A stretch of 63,398 nucleotides of DNA, the filler included, from Lenisia limosa (lineage: Eukaryota > Protista > Breviatea), in the NCBI GenBank assembly GCA_001655205.1. It is 10 parts of 10 records of this genome, joined end to end, with 100 filler letters (N's around TTAATTAATTAA, not from the genome) between each part and the next. Parts side by side here need not be neighbours in the genome. Positions count along the whole stretch, not along the records: positions 37,834 to 46,983 come from LPNZ01000156.1; positions 47,084 to 48,566 come from LPNZ01001259.1; positions 48,667 to 50,680 come from LPNZ01009181.1; positions 50,781 to 60,265 come from LPNZ01009390.1; 6 more parts are not named here. One strand, written 5' to 3'. Under the pieces are notes generated by a model. That model did no database searches. It saw only the letters and a program-made list of their open reading frames with translations, and had not been told where the DNA came from. Positions 42,214 through 53,800 of the stretch are shown one piece after another (the first letter of the stretch is position 1; every line of letters starts with the position of its first letter). The translations under genes were made by a program, and so were the position numbers.

Positions 42214-45200
42214 TTAGTACAGGCTGTTCTGTTACCATTTACCAATGTACAGGAAAATACCCCACACCCCACACCCCCCAACCTGCTCAGCCCAGCCTCA
42301 GCTTCAGCGGTGATTTTGGCCACTTCCGCCTCGAAAGCCGCCTTGAACCGACGGACGCGTTGGACCTCATGAATGTCCGGCACGGCCTCGTTGCGAGACC
42401 TTGCCTCCTGCATGAGGCCGGATGGGACCTCAACCGAGCCAGGCGACCGAGCCATCAGACGACGATCGGCCACTGACGTGTCGCTTTCGGTGTCACTTAC
42501 GGGACTCTCGGAACTCGGGGTGCAGGGTGACTGGTTCGATCTCGGCGACTCTGGAACAAGGAGTTGCGGCGGAGTAATGGCACGCGGCGAGTTCGGAGCC
42601 TGGTCCTTGATCAGCTCCACAGATGGTGGCGATGATCGCGGAGTGACCGGGGATGAAATCGGCATCTGCAGTTCAGCAGTCATGGACGGTGGAGACCTTG
42701 GACTTGGATTGATCTTCTGCTCTTGTGGGCTGGCGTTGAAGGGTTTGGGAGGAGGGCCGATTCTCTGAAGGTCAGCCTGACTATTTCTGGGAAGCGTGGG
42801 GAGAACCGCAGTTTTACCCGATCGCTGAGGCTTGCTTGCAATGGGAATATTGTGGGCCATCTGGAGGGTGAGACGAAGGTGAATCATTAAAATAGTACGA
42901 GGGTATGGCTGGATCATTATAAAAGTCTATTCAAAGAAAATGAGATTTGTTTTATGCTAAACGTTAGAGGAAAGCAATGATAGCTCTTTAAATATTAAAA
43001 AAAAATGAACACAGTGGAGACCTGGATAAGGTGGTACCCAGCTTACCCCAGGCTTATTGGGTGACACGACTGGTTTCATGATAGGGGGTCTCATGGGGCT
43101 GCGGGGACCCGGGCCGAGGAATGGGAGTGTCTTGTTCGGTGACGTGGCCGGTGAAGGGGACTTGACAAGGGGTGGCAGAGCCTTGAGAGGAGTGCCAAGA
43201 GTCTGGGTCGCGCTGAGCGTGGAGGTATTGCGTACCATCGGGGACTCTTCCTCGCCTGGCCGCGTGAGAGGCGGAAGGGTTGTCACGGTTCGGCCTTCAG
43301 AGAGATTCGAGTGTCCACGTGACATATCTGACGTGGTACTTGTGTTCCTCTCGAGAATGCCAGCGCCGCGAACAGCCCACTGCTCCTCAGAGGGCGTGTC
43401 GTAGGCCGAAATTTCACTGAAGCCGTCGTCATCCTCATCGATCTTGGCGTCAAGATCCACACGCGGCCCGGGGACTGGAAGCCCCTTGAAGATGGGTGGA
43501 AGAAACGTGGGGTGCAAGACACGGGTTTTGTCACGTTTGTAAAGGAGAAGGAAGAAGAGGAGGGTAGCCGCTGAAATGGACACGCTGCCGCCACCAGCAA
43601 TGACAATGGGGTTGGTGTAGAATGGCGAGGCTATGGCAGCATCAACCACAACAATTCCCCAGTTTCCGGAGAGATCCACACACGGGCCGGACCAAGGAGC
43701 GGAGGTCTGTGAAGCGGCCCGGAGTAGATGATAGGAGTCAGCCCAGATGGGAAGATGTGCCGTATCCGTGGCGCGAAGTTCGTCAGACGGGACGAGAATG
43801 TTTGGGCAGAGGGAGACCTTGCCGATGTTGGGGACGACGTCACCTGAGTAGTTGGCAACGATTGTGATGGTCAGCGAAGTTCCGTCGTCAGACCATTCGG
43901 CAAACGCCTCGTCAGCAATAGGCACGGTGAAGTTCATCGCCGTGTTGATGGCGATGATGTCATCAAGTTTGATCTTGTCCATGGGCTGGTTGAATTGGAT
44001 GACCACAACATCGTCGTTTCCATACACATCATCTTCGTTATCTGGGTCGCTGGCCTCAGCAATAAGGATGAGAGGGGCTGGAAGCTCACCCCAGCTGCCT
44101 GATAACGCGACAGGCTCTGCTGTCGTCTCGGAGAAGTCTCCGGTTTGGGCTGAGTTATCGATTAAAGAGCCAATAGTTGTGATGTTGACGAGGCTCGGGT
44201 GGTAGGGGTCGGGGATGGCTTCTGGTCCGTCAAATGTCGTGGTGTTGGTGTGCATTGTGACGACGGCCACCGTGGAGTTGACCCAGTTGAGAGTGTACAG
44301 GACAGGAAGAGGGGGGCTGAACACCAGTCCGACAGAGTCGCTTGGTTCAGTGATGTTGGCTTGGAAGCAAGGCTGGGCAAACGCAACCAACACAGTGTCT
44401 TGGTTGCCGTAGACGACATCTGATTCGTCACCACCGGCAACAGCAGAAGCAACAACAGGCCGCTTGGTTCCAAAGTCACCCGAAAGCTGTACGGACGGCG
44501 GCGACACACTAAGACGACTTGAGGTATGGTTGGACTCTACGAAGACATGCTGCGAACTGACCAGATGTGGGGCCTTGAGATGGACTGAAATCTCGTGTGG
44601 ATGGAGCACGTCGACACCTTCCACGTCAACAATGTGTACGGTGATCTCACCAGGGGCAGTCCATTCGGCCCGGAGCTCGGATAGTGTCGGCTCAAAAGCG
44701 AGGATTTCATACACCTCAGATGAGAGGGTCATGACCGGCATGAGGTCAGCCGAAGGGCCCAAGGTGACAGTGATGGTGTCGTTTTGTCCAATTAAAGCGT
44801 CGTCGTTGGTCGGGTCATCAGCAACAGCAGACACCACCACTGGCGGCTGAGGGACGACCACAGTCACAGCAATTGTTATGCACTGGTTGTCACAGACCTG
44901 GTACGCCACCGTTGAATTGAAGCCGAGCCATCCGAAGTTGGCCGGGTCGGATCGGAAGACCAGACTACCGTCGGCACGGGTTGAGAACAACGCAGCCTCG
45001 GGGCCTGCAATTGTTACGGTTGCAGTGGTAGGGTCAAGATCGCCGTCAAGATCTAAAACACCCAGGGTAACCCAGGAATACACCATTTCCAATCCGGTGG
45101 CGGCCGGCAGTGTGATGTTGGCGTTGGCGTGGAGAAGGTCGGGTGTGGGGGCGATGGAAACAACGGATCGCCCCGTGACCGCTGGTGAGAGGAGGTCCGT

Positions 45201-46983
45201 CAGCGAAGCCAACAGCTCCAGCGCCGGGTTGACTTGTGTATTGTAGTTTGGTGGTGGAAGCGCTTGGAGGCTTTGTAGACAGTCCTGAATGTCAGTGTAG
45301 TTTCCTTCAAGGGTAAGAGTGTTGGAACTGTTTCCAGTGATTGATGCCGCGCAGTTGGCAACAATCAGCATCGAGGATGTCACGCCAACTTCACGGGTTT
45401 GTGAGGGCTGTTCAACCCCGCTCATGTGGAGGGTTAGCTGCAAGGCGTCGTTATCAGCATCGAAGACGAGCCAGCCAGTCGTGATATTGCACCATTGGTC
45501 TTCAACCAGACTGACCGCGTCGGGAGTATCCATGGCCGGGATATCGTTAATATTGGACACCCTCACAACACTGACAACCTCGATAGTATTCCCATTTGAG
45601 TCTGTGACGTTGAATCTGGCGGTGGTTTCTCCGAACCAGTCCAGAGTTGCTGTCACCACGGCTTCGTCATTTACTATTGCAATGGAGACTTCAAGGGTGT
45701 CACTCCAGACGTCTGTCACCACAATAGGGTTGCTTTCAGGGTCCGCTGCAAGGTCGTTGGCAGAAATGGTTCTGACTTCCTCCTCCTGAAGGGACACGAC
45801 AAGTCCATTGGCAATTGGCGGCTGGTTGAAGGCGACAGTTGCCGTACGGACAGTGTAAGTTACTCCAGGGCCTACCTGCCCATTGTCGGTCACATTGAAA
45901 GTGATCAAATCTCCTGTGTAGGTGGTTAGTAATGTCGAGGGGCGACGGTGACGATACTTGACAAAGCCGGAACCAAGCAAATTGTTGAGTTGTATGGCCG
46001 TTCCGGCTGCAAGGACCACGCCGCTATCGTCGGAAGCACTGACAAGAGAGAAGTCAGAAGCTACCACCGGACCAAGGGTGACATCGCCGGTCGCGGCCTC
46101 AAGCGTGATAGACAAAACAAGGTCGGCTCCGTCGGCATCAAAGACGGTCATTCCGGTTAAGGCAACCTCCGAGGAAAGAACCACGTCATTCAAGATATCG
46201 GGTCCAGTGACAACAGGAGGGTCGTTGATTGGGGTGATGGTGATGAAGAAAGTTACGGAAGATTGTGTACTTGCGGGAGTGCTATGCCCTGGAATGGCAC
46301 CGTCTTGGGAGTCAGCAGTCACAGTCACTTCATAGACTCCAAATACATCCGCGGTTGGAGTATAGACAAGGGAGCCGAGGTCAGCTAAATTGACGGACCA
46401 ATCTGAAGAGAGTCCCGAGCCAGAAGAAAAGAGGCCCGGTGCACCCGTGATTCGGATGGGATCAACAATCGCCTCACTGCCGTCAAGATCGTTAAGGACT
46501 ACTGATATATTAACTGCAGTGAAGGAGTCTTCTTCAACGGTCACGTTTGCTGCCATTGTAACAAGTGGGTCAGATACTGAAAGCACATTGATAGTTGATG
46601 TCTTCACGCTGACAGCTTGATCAGCATTACTTGTTTCGTTGTTATAAGACTTCACACTGAGGTCAGCCACACCAGACCAGTAAGGAACAAACGTGATTTC
46701 TGTTGAACTCAAATCTTGTCCTGCAGGTATCACCCAGTCAGACCCGCTGCTCGCTCCGATATTTATGGTGGCCCCAATAGGTAGCCCTATGATCACAACC
46801 TTTTCCAGAACCTCTGAACCATCTACATCAACTAATGACGTGGAAATGGGGAGAGGTAAGGTGTCATCTTGACTCACTGTTGTGATATTGGCGACAACAA
46901 GAACGGGTAGGTTAGCCACAGCTTCAATCACAGCGGTAAGAGTCTGGATACGGATTGGCAGAAGAGGAGCTCGATCCAGGAAG
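42214..46983 (-). CDS. Large type I membrane adhesin-like protein with cadherin/bacterial Ig-like repeats, 5' truncated
   Basis: A single open exon runs from 43047 to at least 46983 (frame stays open to the gap). It carries repeats such as LVDVDGSEVLEKVVIIGLP, NDPPVV, NQPPIANGL..EE and VSLVED, one TM helix (IVIAGGGSVSISAATLLFFLLLYKR, ~43530-43610) and a Pro/Ser-rich tail. Donor GTAAG at 43046 joins exon 42283-42860 in frame; probable last exon SLY* at 42214-42223. Confidence 0.75.
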
Positions 46984-47178
46984 NNNNNNNNNNNNNNNNN
47001 NNNNNNNNNNNNNNNNNNNNNNNNNNNTTAATTAATTAANNNNNNNNNNNNNNNNNNNNNNNNNNNNNNNNNNNNNNNNNNNNAGAAACGACTGGCCTGT
47101 TTGTTTTGTTGTTCTCAACTCCTTTTGGTCTTTTTTTTTTTTGTTTGAAAATTTTTTTCCAATTTTACTCTCCTTCAG

Positions 47179-48359
47179 GCCCTTCTGCTGGGTCGCTCCT
47201 AGCCAAACTTGAAGATCTGCAGAATAATATTACACTCGCCTTGCAAGCACCCCCATGTATGCTGGAGTGACAGTTTTTTGAAGCGATATGGTGACTCAGA
47301 ACATACGTGACTGTGCAATCATATATCCCTGAGAATTAATCAATTTCTGTCAACAGACCTTTTAGAACATCAGCAGATTTGATGTTAGTGTATTGCATAC
47401 AGAGTCAGGCAGGAAAGAAATATTGTTTATCATTGAATGGTTTACCTTTTATCTTTTAGTTGTAGAGTCATGTCAGGGGTTGGGAGTATCGGTAGGATTG
47501 GGGACTAGGATCTATCTTTTAAATAATAAGCGGTGTGTGATCTCCAAGCCTATTTGATCTCTACATGTCGAACATAGTAGTCATTCTCATGGTATTGTGA
47601 CACAGTTAGGTGACACTGGTCACCACAGAAGGCCTTGTTCCCGCCTACTGCCTGCACTTCATGCATGAGGACTACCTGGTCATTGCAAAAGCCACATCCA
47701 AGTACCCAACGAGTTCTTGGCTTGTGACCACTTTTGGTGATGTGTGAGGGGGGGGGGGGNNNNNNNNNNNNNNNNNNNNNNNNNNNNNNNNNNNNNNNNN
47801 NNNNNNNNNNNNNNNNNNNNNNNNNNNNNNNNNNNNNNTATCAACGTTTTTTACCGAGTGAAGTTATTCATCACAAGTGGGTAGGGTAGTAGTGCTGATT
47901 TGAAGATGTACTATTCAGGTTTAATAATTGCTTTTAGATTCACCCCAGTCGAAATGATTGGAGGTAGTGATGATGATCTTCTTGAGGTTTACGGCTTGAA
48001 GGTGGGCTTGGAATGAAGGCAGAGGTGTTGAACGTAAATGTGAAAGGTTAAAATATAGCATTTAGTTGACTCAAAATATACAGCATTTGCAATCTCCGAT
48101 GCTCACAGAACTATTTTTTAGTTTCTAATATTCCAGATTCCCACTACTTTTGTTCAAGCAAATGCTATCCAGCAGCGGTAGGTCACGTTGTAAATTTCTT
48201 TCAGAAATTTGTTAATGAGACCAGGTCCAGTCTTCGTTATTCAATATGATAATTATCACAACATCCAACTTCTCATCAATCCCCTCTATTTTCACTTTTT
48301 TTTACAATTCAGCTAATGATGGAAGATGCAGGGTCACTGATTGCTTCTTTGCTCCAAAT
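47179..48359 (+). CDS. Fragment of an unidentified protein
   Basis: AG/GT-bounded exons: PSAGSLLAKLEDLQNNITLALQAPP, VTLVTTEGLVPAYCLHFMHEDYLVIAKATSKY, FTPVEMIGGSDDDLLEVYGLK and IPTTFVQANAIQQR. Confidence 0.45.
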
Positions 48360-48666
48360 GTGAGTTACTCCCCGCCCCCCTCTACTCTTGTTTTGTAGCT
48401 ACAATATTTTGTTACTGTAGGTTTTCACGAAACATATCTACTTACATACTAAGTAAACAGACTGAAACATGATATTTTATATGATAATATAATATCATGT
48501 TATGTATATCAGTCTGTTTACTCGCAGATTTGTTCGAAAAGGCATGATATGGCTGGCCCCAGTGTTNNNNNNNNNNNNNNNNNNNNNNNNNNNNNNNNNN
48601 NNNNNNNNNNTTAATTAATTAANNNNNNNNNNNNNNNNNNNNNNNNNNNNNNNNNNNNNNNNNNNN

Positions 48667-50287
48667 TCGACACTGTGTAGTGTCACCAGAGAAGATGTTA
48701 CAAATGATCCATAAACACTCGTGAATCCGATCCTAAAGAGTCAATCAACCATACAACCAACTTTGTCAATGTCACTGTCACACAATTCAACAATTGTCGG
48801 CAAAATGTTGCTCTCAATGATATCGTTTATTGGAGGGGTCTCAACTACACTGATGTAAAATTTTTAAAAAAGTTGAGTCAGATAACTCCAAGAACTGACC
48901 TGAAAGAAGCTTTCTCAGAGCAACCAAGTTATCCAGGTTTGCATCCTGGCCCACAGCCATTGCCGCTTTTTTGACAGCGCTGTATTCGGGTCACATCAAA
49001 GGTGACAAACTTTTGGGACTCCTCTGAGGATGCAGCGCCACTTTGACCACCTTCCACCCAGCCGTTACCGCATTGCGGAGCTATGGCATAAGGAAGCAAA
49101 GGAGGGAGTATTAAAAAGAGTTAATTCACACTTTTTATTACCACACAAACTTTTTGTTTCAGAACCAGTGTTTTCCTTCACTTCTCCACTATTTTCATCA
49201 TCAACATCTTCCCAATCGTTTTCTTCTTCATTCCCACTTTCGGAAGAACACTGAAGAGTGAATCGCTGCCTATGGCCATAATATGTAGAAATGTGAGGTA
49301 AAACAAGGCATCAATAATACACAACAGAGCACAACTCAGCCTACCTCTTCCACAGTCTTGTACTCATTATCGGGGTCCAAAATGTGCAACAACTTCGGGT
49401 CTGTGGTGAGTTCAATTGGGGTTTTCCCCTATTATGTTAGAAGGCATTACAACGTTGTGCGTGCCTACTTCCTTGTTGGTGACAGTGACACTGCAGAAGG
49501 CGTCAATCAGTGTTTGGACCATGTCAGTGTGGCCTTCTTGCACGGCTATATGCAAGGCCGAATTACCCTACAGCATCATCCAAGGAACGAGCTCCTTACA
49601 TTGTCGTTTCTTTCGGTGAGAGTACCGCCATTCTGTCGGAGAAGGTCGAACATGGGCGTGTTATCTCTTTCAGCAGCGAGCATAAGGGGCGTGTTTCCCT
49701 GAATGATATGTACAAATAAGAGAAATACAGTGAGTTACATAAGTAATGGTAAAATGTTTTCCCTTATAACTTGTAGTAAAATAGGTCTTATTCTCTGAAA
49801 AGTTTGTCATTTTATTGAGATTTGAACTAATATATTTTTACACAGAATGTTTTTTAAAACAAGATTTGTAATGTGTTTTTTACGAAATCAAAAAAAAAAG
49901 ACTTCAAAACAAGTAGATTGCTGCTTTTCCATCATATCTGATATAGAGGTGGATTTAACAAGAATCACGGTGTTTGTCATCAAGTAGGAGGGCATGTTTA
50001 GCTTACATTGCCATCCTGAACATTGACATCGGCCACCGCATTGATGAGGGTATTGACGGCATCCAGATTGTCATTGAGAACCGCATGGTGCAGGAGGGTG
50101 CGCTAGGAGGGGATCAAAATAGGAAATGACAAATTCTGTCACCAAGAGTCAAGAGTTTGCAGCAAACCTGTGAAGATTGAAACTTCTTATTTATTGGGTG
50201 ATCGAATTCCTCCATAAGATTAGTGAGCTTCCGTCCAGACACACCACTCTGGAGAGATTCAAGGAAGATGGTTTCATGGTCCTCCAT
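48667..50287 (-). CDS. Ankyrin-repeat protein continuing into importin-alpha-like ARM repeats, 3' truncated
   Basis: ANK exons: RTLLHHAVLNDNLDAVNTLINAVADVNVQD, GNTPLMLAAE, GNSALHIAVQEGHTDMVQTLI and GKTPIEL. Acidic linker at 49142-49250. Then LVALRKLLS-VETPPINDIIESNILPTIVEL-..ECLWIICNISSGDTTQC, resembling importin-alpha RKLLS..PPID.II..G..P..V..L..ESAWALTNIASG. Confidence 0.7.
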
Positions 50288-50848
50288 TTTTGTTCCTTCC
50301 CTCGTTTCTTCCTATGTCTCCACTCGATCTCCACTCCGAACACTCCGAAGGCACCCACTCGCACAACCTGCCGTTATCCCAGAATAATAATAATCAATCA
50401 GNNNNNNNNNNNNNNNNNNNNNNNNNNNNNNNNNNNNNNNNNNNNNNNNNNNNNNNNNNNNNNNNNNNNNNNNNNNNNNNNNNNNNNNNNNNNNNNNNNN
50501 NNNNNNNNNNNNNNNNNNNNNNNNNNNNNNNNNTGGTTAATCCGGCCCGCTGGCGCTGCTACTTGCCGCCCAATTTCCAATTTTTTTTTTTTTTGAATTT
50601 GACATCACTAAACTTTCAATAATGGCATGGTGCTATGCAAATGTCTTATTAACTGCTCCTTTTTTTGCACCAAGTATTGCNNNNNNNNNNNNNNNNNNNN
50701 NNNNNNNNNNNNNNNNNNNNNNNNTTAATTAATTAANNNNNNNNNNNNNNNNNNNNNNNNNNNNNNNNNNNNNNNNNNNNGGGGGGGGGGATGGAGAAGG
50801 GCAAAAATGGTCGGTTTATTTCGTTTTTTGACTGAATAGGATCGATCT

Positions 50849-53800
50849 ATGTCTCTGAACATGTCGCCGTCACCACCACCCGCCTCTGTAGATCCCGCGA
50901 TATCCGAAGATTACCAGCAAGTTAGGGGGAATTTTCACGTACCGTTCACTCTCGAGGTTATTTTACATATGTTTGATGAGCCTATATCTTTATTACCATA
51001 TTATCAGCAAATGCATGCGTTCTATTGTCGATTCTGGGGTTTTTTTTTGTTCTATTTTTACCCCCCCCCCCCAGAAAACCGACCTGGAAGCCAGCATCCT
51101 AATTGATGAGGTGTCACGTGCAAAGGACGAACTGGACCGCGCCAAAATGGACGCCACGATGGCGCGCAAGGAGGCGGAGAACGCCCTCGTTATCGCACGC
51201 AACGCGCAAAATGAGCGTGACGAGCTGGCGCAAGCTTGGGCTATGTGAGGGGGGAGGGGGGGCATGCAACTTTGTGCACAGTTGTGTGGTAATTGATGAG
51301 TCATAAATGAAAATTGTAAAAGCATATCAAGCCGTATATCCAGGGCGTCCCTACGGTCCCAAAAATATACTGCACTCGATAAGTCCTCGATTAATGTCGA
51401 TATTTTGAGGATCTTTTTTGCACCGAAAGGAAGCCCCATATTCGGTTGCCTATGACCATGACATTTGCAGCCAAATTGGAACGTCGGCTGAAATGGCGTC
51501 ACTTCCTGATGAACAAAGAACCCAGGTTGTGATGGACGTAATTCAGGTGGAGGGGGGGGGGGGTNNNNNNNNNNNNNNNNNNNNNNNNNNNNNNNNNNNN
51601 NNNNNNNNNNNNNNNNNNNNNNNNNNNNNNNNNNNNNNNNNNNNNNNNNGCCCTCTCGTACCCCCGTGTATAATAATACTTCTTTCATAATGAGTATCTC
51701 TTCTCCATTTCCGTACTTTCCCCTTGTGTAACTGTGAGTCTTTATCAATATTCATCTTACTACTGAAGACCGCTGTGAGTGCCCACTCAGTTGGAATGCA
51801 GGCCGAAGCAAGCATTGAGGTTGGTTGGTTTTTTCTTGGTTTTTTCTTCCAAACTCTCGTGTCTTCTTTCTTCTCAAAATGTTGAGCTAATATTGCCTCT
51901 CTGTTTTTCTCATTTTCACCATAAATTTTCCAATTTTATTGTTTGAAGTAATTCGGTTCGTGATTAATATCTTTACGCCAAAATTCATTATCGAAATGTC
52001 CTTCATTTTCATCCCCTCTAGTCCGCCCCTAGTACATATTCCGCTGCCATCCAAGCTGTTGAAATTGTTCAGGTGATGGGGTTAGTTGAAAGGAGAATGC
52101 TATTTCATTTATCAACAATATTTTATAATAAGAGATAAGAGTGAATTGAACTTTTATGATATTATTTGCAACTTATTAGCTGGGTATTTTTTGATTGCAA
52201 TTTTGTTTTCTGAACACGCGTGTTTATTCGTACCCTCAGATTTCACTGATTATGTTGCCTTCTTGAACTAATTATTTTTCCTCAATAAAACGGATCTCTA
52301 ATACATGCCTTTATTAGTTTGATGTTTTATTATTGTTATTTTTATTATTGCTATTATTACTTTATTGTTTACATTTTAGCCTGCCCCAAGCACATACTCA
52401 ATCGGAATGCAAGCTGCCCAATCCCTTGAGGTTTGCGTTGGTCAAAGCTGAATGAGGATTATTGTGGGGTTAATGTTGGGCTTTACTTTGGCCAAAAACG
52501 GTAGTTCTCGATTAATCCTTAAATTTTATCGGTCGTTTCCGTAGGAGTGAAGCCTCTGTGTTACCATGCGATGTTGTCACTCTGTTTCACCCACCCCATC
52601 GGATGCGGTGCTGCAGAAGCGATTGGCCTGGGCTTTGTTTNNNNNNNNNNNNNNNNNNNNNNNNNNNNNNNNNNNNNNNNNNNNNNNNNNNNNNNNNNNN
52701 NNNNNNNNNNNNNNNNNNNNNNNNNNNNNNNNNNNNNNNNNNNNNNNNNNNTTCCTATTTTACTCACTAATCCCTTAGCCTGCTCCAAGCACGCACTCCT
52801 TTGGCATGCAAGCTGCTGAATCCCTGCAGGTATTCTAAATGTTCTGCCATTTCATGACGTGTGCATTCTATCATCCCTTTTTTAATATCTCTTAGCCTGC
52901 TGCAAGTACGTATTCTGTTGGAATGCAAGTTGCCCAATCCCTCCAGGTAATGACATGTTCACACAATCTTTATTTATTTTCGCATTAAAAAAAAACTCTA
53001 TTTTCTCTGACACTTTTATATGTTATTACATATTTTTCTGACAGTATAGCCTGCCCCGAGCACCCACTCTATTGGAATGCAAGCTGCTGAATCCATTCAG
53101 GTCTGCTAACATCTTGGATTGGAATGGTGATAGTTGATCCAGATCTCGAAAACAACTTTGATGATTTGATCTCTAGAGTATTGTCAATGAGAAGGATTAC
53201 TCATAGCATCCTGAGATAATAATGGGGTTTTGATTATTTTAAATTATATTACTTCAGAAAATGGGATTTGTCACAGTTTTCTTATCTATCGTTTATGACT
53301 TCTCTTCTCTACAAATTATGTCTCACAACAAAGCCTGCGGCAAGCACGCACTCCTTCGGAATGCAAGCCGCTGAATCCCTTGAGGTATGATGTACAATAA
53401 GAGTGATAGGAGTCATAGGACCGATAAGAGTGATAGGTGTGATTGTGGACATAGGAGTGATAGGAATCTATCATATGATATTGGTACAGTTTTGTATTTC
53501 TTTTTTTTATGAGTCTGTCACCCAGTGAAATATAACCTGACAACATCTTTGTTTCAGTTTCTGACCCCATAGCCTGCTGCAAGCACCTATTCTGTTGGAA
53601 TGCAAGTTGCCCAATCCCTCCAGGTATAATGACATGTTCACACAATCTTTTTTTTTCGCACATTTGTGATGAAGGCAGTTGTTCAAAGCTCTATTTTTTT
53701 CTGACACTTTTATATATATATTTACATTTTTTTCTGACATCATAGCCTGCCGTTAGCACCTATTCTGTTGGAATGCAAGCTGCTGAATCCCTTCAGGTAT

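Noticed and set aside
43057-46620. Many plus-strand ORFs over the adhesin exon
   Set aside because: They are antisense shadows of a GC-richer coding exon, with no recognisable products.
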